From an uncultured Acidobacteriota bacterium (lineage in GTDB: Bacteria; Acidobacteriota; Thermoanaerobaculia; UBA5066): a stretch of DNA of 64,000 bases. The notes beneath the pieces were generated by a model, which was not told the origin of the DNA, did not search any database, and saw only the letters and a list, made by a program, of their open reading frames with translations. The translations under genes were made by a program, and so were the position numbers. The first letter of the stretch is position 1; each line of letters starts with the position of its first letter. Positions 45,609 through 54,984 of the stretch are shown here, one piece after another. The DNA lies in the NCBI GenBank assembly GCA_903845115.1, contig CAIMWE010000123.1:1345-65344 (forward strand). The letters run 5' to 3'.

Positions 45609-47795
45609 ATGCTGCGGTTCGAGGACATCCTCGACCAGGTGGAGAGCTACCTTCCCAAGGTGGACGAGGGGCTGCTCCGGAAGGCGTACGTCTTCTCGGC
45701 GCACGCCCACCGGAACCAGCTCCGGTCCTCGGGCGAGCCGTACCTGATCCACCCCCTCAACGTGGCGATGATCCTCGCCAGGATGAAGCTGGACGAGACC
45801 TCCATCGCGACGGGCCTCCTCCACGACGTCCTGGAGGACTCCGACACGACGAAGGAGCGGCTGGCGGAGCTGTTCGGGCCGGAGGTGGCGCACCTCGTGG
45901 ACGGCGTCACGAAGATCGGGAGGTACGCGTTCACCTCCCGGGAGGCGCAGCAGGCCGAGACGTTCCGGAAGATGCTCCTGGCGATGACGGACGACGTGCG
46001 CGTCATCCTGGTGAAGCTCGCGGACCGCCTCCACAACATGCAGACCCTGAAGTTCCTCGCCGAGCCGAAGCAGCGCGCGGTCGCCGCCGAGACGCTCGAG
46101 ATCTACGCCCCGCTCGCGAACCGGCTGGGGATGGGGAAGATGAAGGGAGAGCTGGAGGACCTGGCGTTCGGCTACCTCTACCCGGAGGAGTTCTCGGTCC
46201 TCACGGCCGCGGTGGACGAACGGATCCGGGCTTCGGCGGCGTCGGTCGAGCGGCTGCGCCGCATGCTCCTGGAGCAGACCGAGCGGGCGGGGGTCCGGGC
46301 CGAGGTGACGGGCCGGGTGAAGAGGTACTGGTCGATCCGGCAGAAGCTGATCCGGCAGGCGATCCCGCTGGACCAGCTCTACGACATCCTCGCGTTCCGG
46401 ATCCTGGTCGACTCGATGAAGGACTGCTACGCGGTCCTGGGCATCGTGCACCAGGCCTGGCGGCCGGTCCCGGGACGGATCAAGGACTACATCGCGATGC
46501 CCAAGCAGAACTTCTACCAGGCGCTCCACACGACGGTCGTCCCGGAAGGGACTCCGCCGTTCGAGATCCAGATCCGGACGAAGGAGATGGACTCGGTCGC
46601 CGAGAACGGGATCGCGGCGCACTGGAAGTACAAGGAAGGGCGGCTCGACCCGAGGGCCGACGAGGCCCGGATCGCGCTCCTCCGGCAGATCGTCGAGACC
46701 ACGCGCGAGGTCTCCGACCCGCGCGAGTTCCTCTCGTCCCTGAAGATCGACCTCTACCCGGACGAGGTCTACATCTTCTCGCCCAAGGGGGCGGTGTTCG
46801 CGTTCCCGCGGGGGGCCACCCCGGTCGACTTCGCCTACCGGGTCCACACCGACGTCGGCCACCGCTGCACGGGAGCGCGGGTGAACGGGCGCCTCGTCCC
46901 GCTGAAGACGCTGCTCCGGAACGGCGACATCGTCGAGATCATGACGGCGCCGGTCGCGCAGCCTTCCCGGGACTGGCTGACCTTCGTCGTGACGTCCCGC
47001 GCGAAGAACAAGATCCGGGCGTTCATCCAGGCGGCCGAGAAGGAGAAGTCGATCGAGATCGGCCGTCGGCTCCTGGAGAAGGAGCTGCGGAAGTTCCAGA
47101 AGCGCCTCCCGAAGCTCCTGGAGGCGCGGGCGTTCGACCCCTTCCTGCAGGAATTCGGGGTGGCCAAGGCGGAGGACCTGCTCGCCGACATCGGCTTCGG
47201 GAAGACCTCCCCGAAGCTGGTGGTGGCGAGGGTCTTCCCGCCGGCGGCAGACGGGACGACCGGGGAGGCGGCCGACAAGGGGCCCTCCCCGCTGCAGAAG
47301 GCGGTCCGCAAGATCCTGCCGTTCCGGTCGGCGGGGATCCGGGTCACGGGCGAGCACGACCTGATGGCGACGCTCGCGACCTGCTGCCGGCCGGTCCCGG
47401 GAGACGAGATCACCGGCTACGTGACGCGGGGGCGGGGCGTGTCGGTCCACTCGACCGCCTGCCCGAACGTCAAGAACCTGCTGTTCGACCCGAGCCGGGA
47501 GATCGAGGTCGAGTGGGAGCGCGCCGACGACGCGTCCTTCACGGTCGAGCTGGAGATCCGGACGGAGGACCGGCCGGGCCTCCTCGCCAAGATCACGCAG
47601 GTCATCTCCGCGGCGAACTCGAACATCCAGTCGATCCAGGCGAGGACGCTTCCCGACGGGACCGCCACGATCGACAGCTACGTGACGACTCCCGACCGGA
47701 AGCACCTGGACAAGCTCCTGGTGACGCTCCGCAGCCTTCCCGGCGTCAACCAGGTCCGCCGGAAATTCAACAGCTCCCGCCCGGTCACGGCCTGA
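45609..47795 (+). CDS. Bifunctional (p)ppGpp synthetase/hydrolase RelA/SpoT
   Basis: HD hydrolase domain (HRNQLRSSGEPYLIHPL, HD motif in LLHDVLEDSD), synthetase domain (RVKRYWSIRQKL, DILAFRILV), TGS and a C-terminal ACT domain. Confidence 0.9.
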   Translation: MLRFEDILDQVESYLPKVDEGLLRKAYVFSAHAHRNQLRSSGEPYLIHPLNVAMILARMKLDETSIATGLLHDVLEDSDTTKERLAELFGPEVAHLVDGVTKIGRYAFTSREAQQAETFRKMLLAMTDDVRVILVKLADRLHNMQTLKFLAEPKQRAVAAETLEIYAPLANRLGMGKMKGELEDLAFGYLYPEEFSVLTAAVDERIRASAASVERLRRMLLEQTERAGVRAEVTGRVKRYWSIRQKLIRQAIPLDQLYDILAFRILVDSMKDCYAVLGIVHQAWRPVPGRIKDYIAMPKQNFYQALHTTVVPEGTPPFEIQIRTKEMDSVAENGIAAHWKYKEGRLDPRADEARIALLRQIVETTREVSDPREFLSSLKIDLYPDEVYIFSPKGAVFAFPRGATPVDFAYRVHTDVGHRCTGARVNGRLVPLKTLLRNGDIVEIMTAPVAQPSRDWLTFVVTSRAKNKIRAFIQAAEKEKSIEIGRRLLEKELRKFQKRLPKLLEARAFDPFLQEFGVAKAEDLLADIGFGKTSPKLVVARVFPPAADGTTGEAADKGPSPLQKAVRKILPFRSAGIRVTGEHDLMATLATCCRPVPGDEITGYVTRGRGVSVHSTACPNVKNLLFDPSREIEVEWERADDASFTVELEIRTEDRPGLLAKITQVISAANSNIQSIQARTLPDGTATIDSYVTTPDRKHLDKLLVTLRSLPGVNQVRRKFNSSRPVTA

Positions 47796-47888
47796 GCCCA
47801 CAGGCGGGGCAGGGCGGATTTCGGGGAGAGTCTCGCCGGAAGGCGGCCCGGGGCCCCGGGCCCGGGTCCCCCGTAGGGACTTCTGCCC

Positions 47889-48083
47889 CTACCGGACGAC
47901 CTTCGTCACCTTCCCCGAGCGGATGCAGCGAGTGCAGACCTTCATCCGCCTGGAGCCACCGGGGGTGGCGGCGCGGACGGGCCTCAGGTTCGGCTTGAAC
48001 TGCCGGAGGGAGACATTGTTGGCGTGACTGACCTTCCGACCGGCAACCGGGGACTTTCCGCAAACCGCGCAACACTGGGCCAT
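47889..48083 (-). CDS. rpmB: 50S ribosomal protein L28
   Basis: 64 aa. C.VCGKSPVAG.KVSHANN...R.F.PNL pattern. Confidence 0.8.
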   Translation of the reverse strand: MAQCCAVCGKSPVAGRKVSHANNVSLRQFKPNLRPVRAATPGGSRRMKVCTRCIRSGKVTKVVR

Positions 48084-48221
48084 GGTCTCGTCTTCCTTCT
48101 TTTCCCTTTTGGGATCTCCGACCCTCGGAGCCGGGTGGGCCAGATTCGACCCTTCCCGAACCCTGACTTATAACCCCTTATTTGATTCAATGCAAGGGAT
48201 TTCTGGGTCATTTTCTGATCC

Positions 48222-48252
48222 TTGACACCAGGTGGGGTGAGAGCGCGAAAAT
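48222..48252 (+). promoter_or_regulatory. Candidate sigma70-like promoter for pilM (TTGACA -35, weak GAAAAT -10 at 19-nt spacing)
   Basis: Perfect -35 hexamer in a locally AT-enriched divergent region between rpmB and pilM. The -10 is weak. Confidence 0.25.
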
Positions 48253-48331
48253 GACGTATCAGTCCAGGCTGGATTCGATTGCCTCGACGTATGCCCTGCG
48301 GTTCCGAAGCGTAAGGGAGGGAGACCGTACC

Positions 48332-49387
48332 GTGTTGTTCCGCAAGCCAAAGAATCTGGTCGGTCTCGACATCGGCTCCTCTGCCGTGAAGCTCGTGGAG
48401 CTGAAGGAGTCGAAGGATGGGCGCTACCAGCTCGTGAAGGCGGGAATGGAGAGTCTCTCTCCAGAAGCCATCGTCGACGGAGCCATCATGGACTCCTCGC
48501 TCGTGGTCGAGACGATCGTCCGGCTGCTGGCGTCCACGGGGGTCAAGAACCAGAACATGGCGGTGGCGGTCTCGGGTCACTCGGTCATCGTCAAGCAGAT
48601 CCAGCTTCCGACGATGCCGGAGGACGAGCTGGCCGAGTCGATCCGCTGGGAGGCGGAGCAGTACGTCCCGTTCGACATCAACGACGTCTACCTCGACTAC
48701 GTCGTCCTGGACCCGGGCTCGGCCGGCGACACGATGAAGGTCCTCCTCGTGGCCGCCAAGAAGGAGAAGGTCGACGACTTCAAGAACGTGGTGACGCAGG
48801 CAGGCCGGGTGCCGGCGCTGGTCGACTACGACGCCTTCGCGCTGCAGAACTGCTACGAGGTCAACTACGGCGTCGACGCGACCCGCGTCATCGCGCTCGT
48901 GAACATCGGCGCGTCGGTGATGAACGTGAACATCCTGGCGCAGGGCCAGACGGTCTTCTGGCGCGACATCACCTTCGGAGGAAACCAGTTCACGGAGTCC
49001 CTCCAGAAGGCGTTCTCCCTGAACTTCGAGCAGGCCGAGGCGCTCAAGAAGGGGGAGCCGGTCGCCGGCCAGACGCGGCAGTCGATCGAGCCAGTCCTCC
49101 GGGGAGTGTCGGAGGACGCGGCGGCGGAGCTGCAGAAGACCCTCGATTTCTTCCAGGCGACGTCGGGGGCCGACAAGGTCGACTCCGTCATGATCGCGGG
49201 CGGGGGGGCGAAGGTCGACCGGCTGGACGAGGTGCTGCGGGACAAGTTCGGTATCTCCGTCGAGATCATGAATCCCTTCCGCTCGATCCCGGCGCTGGAT
49301 CGCGCCGCCGACCCCAACTGGCTCGGGGACGTCTCCCCGGCGCTTGCCGTGGCCGTGGGGCTGGGCCTCCGGAAGACCGGCGAGTAG
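48332..49387 (+). CDS. pilM: Type IV pilus assembly protein PilM (actin-like ATPase fold)
   Basis: GTG start after AGGGAGGG. VLFRKPKNLVGLDIGSSAVKLVEL is the canonical PilM N-terminus. Divided actin-like domain. Confidence 0.85.
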   Translation: MLFRKPKNLVGLDIGSSAVKLVELKESKDGRYQLVKAGMESLSPEAIVDGAIMDSSLVVETIVRLLASTGVKNQNMAVAVSGHSVIVKQIQLPTMPEDELAESIRWEAEQYVPFDINDVYLDYVVLDPGSAGDTMKVLLVAAKKEKVDDFKNVVTQAGRVPALVDYDAFALQNCYEVNYGVDATRVIALVNIGASVMNVNILAQGQTVFWRDITFGGNQFTESLQKAFSLNFEQAEALKKGEPVAGQTRQSIEPVLRGVSEDAAAELQKTLDFFQATSGADKVDSVMIAGGGAKVDRLDEVLRDKFGISVEIMNPFRSIPALDRAADPNWLGDVSPALAVAVGLGLRKTGE

Positions 49388-49397
49388 GAGGCGCGCG

Positions 49398-50096
49398 ATG
49401 ATCAAGATCAACCTCCTCCCCGACACCAAGCCGACCAAGAAGAGGAAGGCGGCGGCGGCATTCGGCGGCGCCGGCCGCCTGAACCTCATGCTCGTGGCCG
49501 GCGGGGTGGCCGTCGGGCTCCTGGTCATCCTCGTCCACTACCTGATCCTCGCCTCGCAGATCAAGGACCTCGACGAGAAGATCCGGAAGGACCAGCTCGA
49601 GGTCGCCCGGCTGGAGTCGATCCTTCGCGAGGTGAAGGACTTCGAGGACAAGAAGTCCCGCCTCCAGAAGAAGGTCGACCTGATCAACCAGCTGAAGCAG
49701 AACCAGAAGGGGCCGGTCCGTCTGATGGACGAAGTCTCGAATGCGCTGCCCGACCTCGTCTGGATCGAGAGCATGGAGTACAGGGGCAACACGATCAACA
49801 TCGGCGGCAAGGCGTTCAACCCGCCGGCGGTCTCGAATTTCATCACCAACCTCAAGAAGATCCCGTCGTTCCAGGAGCCGGTGCTCCTGGACCTGAGGGC
49901 GACCGCCGCCGGTAGCGCGCAGCTCTACAGCTACCGGCTCACCTTCGTCTTCACGAACCTCGACCGAACCCAGGGTGAGCCCTCGTCGCCGCCGCCTCCT
50001 CCGGCGGCCGGGAGCGCGCCCGCTGCCCCGGCACCTCCGAAGGCCGAGCTCGTCCGTCCGGCTGTGGCTGCCGTGCCGGCCGCGGCCGGGATGTGA
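49398..50096 (+). CDS. pilN: Type IV pilus assembly protein PilN
   Basis: MIKINLLP... N-terminus, a single TM and a coiled-coil/periplasmic domain. AGGAGG SD. Confidence 0.8.
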   Translation: MIKINLLPDTKPTKKRKAAAAFGGAGRLNLMLVAGGVAVGLLVILVHYLILASQIKDLDEKIRKDQLEVARLESILREVKDFEDKKSRLQKKVDLINQLKQNQKGPVRLMDEVSNALPDLVWIESMEYRGNTINIGGKAFNPPAVSNFITNLKKIPSFQEPVLLDLRATAAGSAQLYSYRLTFVFTNLDRTQGEPSSPPPPPAAGSAPAAPAPPKAELVRPAVAAVPAAAGM

Positions 50097-50109
50097 GGGA
50101 GGAGCGACC

Positions 50110-50769
50110 GTGGCGCTCGACCTGAAACAGCTCGAATCGAAGCCCTGGTACTGGGGACTCGGCATCGGCCTCGGGATCGCCGTGGTCCTCTACCTCGCCG
50201 TGACCTTCTACGTGCCGCCGAACTTCAACGAGATGCGGGACACGATCGGCCGCAAGAAGAGCGAGATCGCCGCGCTGGAGGAGAAGATCAACCAGGGCAG
50301 GGCCGCGGAACGCCGGCTGCCCCAGCTCCGTGAGGAGGTCCGCCGGATCGAGCTGGACCTGCAGCGCCTCCTCCAGATCCTGCCGACCCGCCGCAACGTC
50401 GAGGAGCTGATCAAGAAGGTCGAGGCGCTGACCCGGCAGGGCGACTTCTTCTTCAAGAGCTTCGTCCCGAAGCCCTACGTCAACAAGGACTTCTACGCGG
50501 AGTGGCCGATCGACATCACGTTCGACGGGACCTACCACAACCTCGCCCTCTTCTTCGACAAGCTCGCCCGTTTCTCCCGGATCATCAACGTCGAGGATCT
50601 CGTGATGACCGGAACCTCGGACACGTCGGGCGGGCGGACGCTGTCGGCCGCCTTCACGGCCAAGACGTTCATCTACCTCGGCGACAAGGAAGAGGGCGCC
50701 GACGCTAAGAAGGGGCCGCAGGACAAGCCGGGGGCGAAGCCGGCCGGTCCCAAGCCGGCGGGAGGTTGA
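50110..50769 (+). CDS. pilO: Type IV pilus assembly protein PilO
   Basis: Single N-terminal TM, coiled coil, then a PilO periplasmic domain. Operon position. Confidence 0.7.
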   Translation: MALDLKQLESKPWYWGLGIGLGIAVVLYLAVTFYVPPNFNEMRDTIGRKKSEIAALEEKINQGRAAERRLPQLREEVRRIELDLQRLLQILPTRRNVEELIKKVEALTRQGDFFFKSFVPKPYVNKDFYAEWPIDITFDGTYHNLALFFDKLARFSRIINVEDLVMTGTSDTSGGRTLSAAFTAKTFIYLGDKEEGADAKKGPQDKPGAKPAGPKPAGG

Positions 50770-50774
50770 GCAGG

Positions 50775-51311
50775 ATGCGTGCTCTGAAAGGCAAGAGTCT
50801 CGGGACGTCCCTCGAGGTCGTCGCGACGCTCGTCATGCTGGCAACGCTGGCCCTGGCTCCGGTCCTCGCCGCTCCGGCCGCGGGCGCTCCGCCGCCGGCC
50901 CCGGCTCCTGTGCCCGACCCCGTGGCGGCCAAGGACGCCCAGGCCGCTCCGGCCGACCCCGATCTGGCGCCCTCGGTCTACACCTACGAGGTCCGCGGCC
51001 GGCGCGACCCTTTCCGCTCCCTCCTGATCCGGAAGCAGGTCGAGCGGTCCGGCATCGCAGGGCCGGCGGGAATGACGGTCGACGAGCTCGAGCTGCAGGG
51101 CACGATCAAGACGAAGGCCGGCTGGATCGCCATGATGCGGGGATCGGACAACCGCTCGTATCTTCTGAAGAAGGGCTCGGTGCTCTTCGACGGCGAGGTG
51201 ACCGACATCTCGTCGACCGAGGTCAGCTTCCGCCAGAACGTGAACGACCCCGCGAGTCCCAAGCCGTTCCGGGACGTGGTGAAGTCGCTCGCGTTGCAGC
51301 AGAAACAATGA
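50775..51311 (+). CDS. pilP: Type IV pilus assembly lipoprotein PilP
   Basis: Signal peptide, a Pro/Ala-rich linker and a C-terminal beta domain (YTYEVRGRRDPF...LQGTIKTKAGWIAMM). Operon position. Confidence 0.65.
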   Translation: MRALKGKSLGTSLEVVATLVMLATLALAPVLAAPAAGAPPPAPAPVPDPVAAKDAQAAPADPDLAPSVYTYEVRGRRDPFRSLLIRKQVERSGIAGPAGMTVDELELQGTIKTKAGWIAMMRGSDNRSYLLKKGSVLFDGEVTDISSTEVSFRQNVNDPASPKPFRDVVKSLALQQKQ

Positions 51312-51353
51312 GCGCCGAGACCCCGATGACTACGATCAACTTGGGGAGGAACC

Positions 51354-54293
51354 ATGCTCTCTAAAGGAAGGGTCACCGCACCCGCCCTCGCGACGCTCGC
51401 TCTCGCGGCGTCCCTGGTCGTGACCGGTTGTGCCTCTCGGAGCGGAACGGGCGTCTCCACCGCCGGCCACGGGCCCGGCCCTGCCGGCCCGACCGTCGAG
51501 CTGACAGGAGCGACCCTGGTGTCCGACGGAGACGCGCCGCGCCTCCTCCTTTCGGGCTCGGCTCCGCTCACGCCGACCGTCTTCTCCCGCGACGAAGGGA
51601 AACGCGTGGTCGTGGACCTCTCCGACACCGTGGTGGCCGCCGGATTGGAGCCTCCGCGGCCCGCGCGCGGGACGACCGGCGTGATCTCCAAGGTGACGAT
51701 GAGCTCGTTCTCCGAGCTCGGGAAGCCTCACGTCCTGTTCGAGTTCGTGGGAACGCAGCCGTTCTCGCCCCGGGTCGAGGCCGGGGTCAGCTCCTCCGGA
51801 GCGCTGGCCGTGGTCTTCGAGCCGAAGGCCCGGCCCGCGCCGGAGCCGACCGTTCTCGCCGCGTCGTCCTCCGTTCCGAAGCCGCAGCCGGTCCAGCCCG
51901 CCCTCGAGCCTTCGGTGAGCGTCCCGCCCGCCTCGGGCGACGCGGGAACGGTCGGAACGGCGTCCCTGCCACCGGCCGTTCCCGAGGCCGGGGTGCCCGA
52001 GAGGCAGAACTTCGTCCAGCACGACGCGACCGGACCCGCCGCGTCGCGCCTCCAGGCCGTGAGCGCCCGCAAGTCGACCTCCTCCGGACTGGTCGTCCAG
52101 CTCGCCGGGAACGGCGAGTTCGCCTACGAGGCGTTCCTCCTCGCCAACCCGCCCCGCTGGGTGATGGACCTGTCCGGCGTCAAGAACGGCGGCGTCCCGA
52201 AGGCGCAGGAGATCCGGGGCGGGCCGGTGACGCGCATCCGCGTCTCCCAGTTCCGGAACGATCCCACCGCGGTCACGCGCGTGGTGTTCGACCTCGCCGA
52301 GGGAGTGGTTCCCGAGCTCCGCCAGAGCCGGGCGGGACTCTCGGTGGCCTTCCGCGAGGCAGGAACGGTTCCGCCGGCGCAGGTGGCCGACAATTCCGGT
52401 CCGTCCCGGACCGCGCCGGCGCCCGAAACGGTCGCCGCCGGCCAGCCGGTCCCGGGGGCCGGCTCCTACGAGGCGCACGAGGCGAACGATCAGTCCGAGA
52501 AGGTCGTCCCGCTGGCCCCCGAGCCTGCCGAGACCACCGCGGCGGTGACGCCGATCGAACCGGCCCTGGTCGCGGTGGCCCGTCCCGCCGACCCACCGGT
52601 CGAGGTGATGACCGTCACCGTCTCCCCGAGCGAGCCCTCGAGCCCCGAGGCCTCCGCCCCCGTGGTCGCCGCGGCACCCGTGCCGGCTGTGGTGACGGCC
52701 CCGGCCCTCAGGCCGCCGAGCGCCCCCGCGCCGGCGTCGTCGACCGCAAGCGCCGCCGTCCCCGCCGGAGGGTCCGCCGGCAAGCTCGTGACTGTCGAGA
52801 GCGCCCCCGCCCCAGCTCCTGCCGCTCAGGCCGCCCGGGCCCGGATGGCGCCTGAGGCCGTCCCGGCGACCACCGAGGTCCGGGTGGCCGAGAAGAAGGA
52901 GCCGAAGACCGTGCCGGCCGTCGCCGAGGTCAGGCCGCCCACGCCGCCCCGGAGGGCGAAGTCGTCCGCCGTGGACCGGACCCACGTGGAAGCCGCCGAG
53001 GCGCTTCTCCTCCAGCAGGACGGAAGCGGCCCGACGAAGGACCTCGGGAACCCCTACGAGGCCCGCGTCATGGGAGCCACGGAGAAGCAGTACACGGGCG
53101 AGCCGATCACGCTCAACCTCAAGGACGCCGACGTCAAGGACACGCTCCAGAAATTCAGCGAGCTGACGGGCCTCAACATCGTCCTCGACCCCGAGGTCCG
53201 GGGAACGGTCACGGTGAGCCTCACCGACATCCCCTGGGACCAGGCCCTGGAGCTGATCCTGAAGATCAACGGCCTCGGGTACACGCTCGAGGGGAACGTC
53301 ATGCGGATCGCCACGACGGGCAAGCTCGCCAACGAGGAAACCCAGAAACGGGCGCTCGTGATGGCGCAGGAGCAGAACCGGCCGGTCAAGACCATCATCC
53401 AGAAGCTTTCGTACGCGCAGGGCACCAGGATGGTCGAGGCGATCAAGAAGGTGATGACGCCGCGGGGCGACGTCTACGTGGACATGGCCTCGAACAACCT
53501 GATCATCAAGGAGCTCCCGGAGAACATCCCGGTCATCCTCGACCTCATCCGGAACCTCGACATCGCCCCGCTGCAGGTGATGATCGAAGCCCGGATCGTG
53601 GAGGCGACGCGCACGTTCTCGAAGCAGCTGGGGGTGAACTGGTCCTTCACCGGCGTGGCGGATGCCGCCCACGGGAACACGACCGGCCTCGTCTTCCCGA
53701 ACAACTACAACATCGGGGGGCAGGTGTCGCTCCCGAGCGGGACGAACCTCCTGAACATCTCGATGGGGAACGTCCTCAACACGTTCAACCTCGACTTCGC
53801 CCTCTCGGCGGCGGAGAACCGGGGCCTCGTCAAGGTGATCTCCAGCCCGAAGATCGTGACCACCCAGCTCCAGACGGCGTCGATCCAATCCGGCTTCCAG
53901 ATCCCGATCCAGACGACGGTCAACAACACGACGAGCGTCCTCTACATCGACGCGACGACCAGGCTCGACGTCCTGCCCTTCATCACGGCCGAGGGGACGA
54001 TCATGATGGACATCACGATCCAGCGGCGTGAGCCGGCCGTCGGCATCAACATCGCCGCGGGCACGAACGTCCCCCTGGTCACGCGGGACGCCAAGACCAA
54101 GCTCCTCGTCCGGGACGGCGGTACGGCGGTCATCGGCGGAATCATGAAGCTGACGACCAACAGCCAGAAGAACATGATCCCCGGCCTCTGGAAGATCCCG
54201 ATCCTCGGCAACCTGTTCAAGAACATGAACGACTCCGAGAACAACGACGAACTCATGATCTTCATCACCCCGCGAATCGTGAAGAACACGTGA
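51354..54293 (+). CDS. pilQ: Type IV pilus secretin PilQ (lipobox signal, AMIN-like N-terminal domains, long low-complexity linker, secretin C-domain)
   Basis: LVVTGC lipobox. The secretin domain has IKDTLQKFSELTGLNIVLDPEVRGTVTV...PLVTRDAKTKLLVRDGGTAVIGGI...ELMIFITPRIV. Confidence 0.85.
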   Translation: MLSKGRVTAPALATLALAASLVVTGCASRSGTGVSTAGHGPGPAGPTVELTGATLVSDGDAPRLLLSGSAPLTPTVFSRDEGKRVVVDLSDTVVAAGLEPPRPARGTTGVISKVTMSSFSELGKPHVLFEFVGTQPFSPRVEAGVSSSGALAVVFEPKARPAPEPTVLAASSSVPKPQPVQPALEPSVSVPPASGDAGTVGTASLPPAVPEAGVPERQNFVQHDATGPAASRLQAVSARKSTSSGLVVQLAGNGEFAYEAFLLANPPRWVMDLSGVKNGGVPKAQEIRGGPVTRIRVSQFRNDPTAVTRVVFDLAEGVVPELRQSRAGLSVAFREAGTVPPAQVADNSGPSRTAPAPETVAAGQPVPGAGSYEAHEANDQSEKVVPLAPEPAETTAAVTPIEPALVAVARPADPPVEVMTVTVSPSEPSSPEASAPVVAAAPVPAVVTAPALRPPSAPAPASSTASAAVPAGGSAGKLVTVESAPAPAPAAQAARARMAPEAVPATTEVRVAEKKEPKTVPAVAEVRPPTPPRRAKSSAVDRTHVEAAEALLLQQDGSGPTKDLGNPYEARVMGATEKQYTGEPITLNLKDADVKDTLQKFSELTGLNIVLDPEVRGTVTVSLTDIPWDQALELILKINGLGYTLEGNVMRIATTGKLANEETQKRALVMAQEQNRPVKTIIQKLSYAQGTRMVEAIKKVMTPRGDVYVDMASNNLIIKELPENIPVILDLIRNLDIAPLQVMIEARIVEATRTFSKQLGVNWSFTGVADAAHGNTTGLVFPNNYNIGGQVSLPSGTNLLNISMGNVLNTFNLDFALSAAENRGLVKVISSPKIVTTQLQTASIQSGFQIPIQTTVNNTTSVLYIDATTRLDVLPFITAEGTIMMDITIQRREPAVGINIAAGTNVPLVTRDAKTKLLVRDGGTAVIGGIMKLTTNSQKNMIPGLWKIPILGNLFKNMNDSENNDELMIFITPRIVKNT

Positions 54294-54316
54294 CGCGAGC
54301 GGACCGGAGAGACGAC

Positions 54317-54871
54317 ATGATCAAGACCTCGATGCGCTTCGCCGCCGCCTTCGCCCTCGTGCTGGCCTTCCTGGCCCTCCCGGGATGCTCGACCAACAAC
54401 CAGGGGGACGACGCGGTGCCGCTCTACCTGACGGTCGACTTCACCCTCCTCCCGGCGGTCAAGCACGTGTCGGACGGCTCCCTCCTCCAGTTCAGCACCG
54501 TCACCATCAAGAGCGTGATGAAGAGCCCGACCGCGGCGACGAGCAGCATGCTGGACACGCGGCTCGACGACTACGTCATCGTCTGGTCGAGGCTCGACCA
54601 GGGGACGAAGGTCCCGAAGACGGAGACGTTCGCCGGAAACGTCATGATCCCCGTGGGCGGGACCTCGACCCTCTCGAACTACCCTTTCATGAGCATCTCG
54701 GCGCTCTCCCTCTCGCCGCTCGACCAGCTCTTCCCGTACAACGGGGGGATCGACCGTGAGACCGGGAGCAGCGAGATCCGCTGTGCCGGCACCGTCACGT
54801 TCAGAGGGCACACGATGGCGGGCCAGCCGGTCCAGGGGACCGGCACGTTCGGGATGGCGTTCCTCTACTAG
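54317..54871 (+). CDS. Hypothetical lipoprotein (LPGC lipobox), about 184 aa
   Basis: Signal and lipobox, then a soluble domain of unknown family. Immediately downstream of pilQ. Confidence 0.5.
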   Translation: MIKTSMRFAAAFALVLAFLALPGCSTNNQGDDAVPLYLTVDFTLLPAVKHVSDGSLLQFSTVTIKSVMKSPTAATSSMLDTRLDDYVIVWSRLDQGTKVPKTETFAGNVMIPVGGTSTLSNYPFMSISALSLSPLDQLFPYNGGIDRETGSSEIRCAGTVTFRGHTMAGQPVQGTGTFGMAFLY

Positions 54872-54984
54872 GCGTGAGCAAGAGCGAGGACCAAGGATTG
54901 AACGCGATGCGAGCCACCACCCCTTCCCCGCGGGACCCCCGGCCGATCCGGGAAGCCGCGGACTCCCGTCACGAGGTGAAACCG

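Noticed and set aside
45528-47801. Upstream part of the 976-aa minus-strand ORF (44871..47801)
   Set aside because: Only the last 218 aa (DedA, 44871..45527) are real. The rest is antisense to relA.
47796-47888. Possible bidirectional terminator between the convergent relA and rpmB
   Set aside because: GGGGCCCCGGGCCCGGG-type palindromes are present but there is no clear loop or T-tract. Too ambiguous to call.
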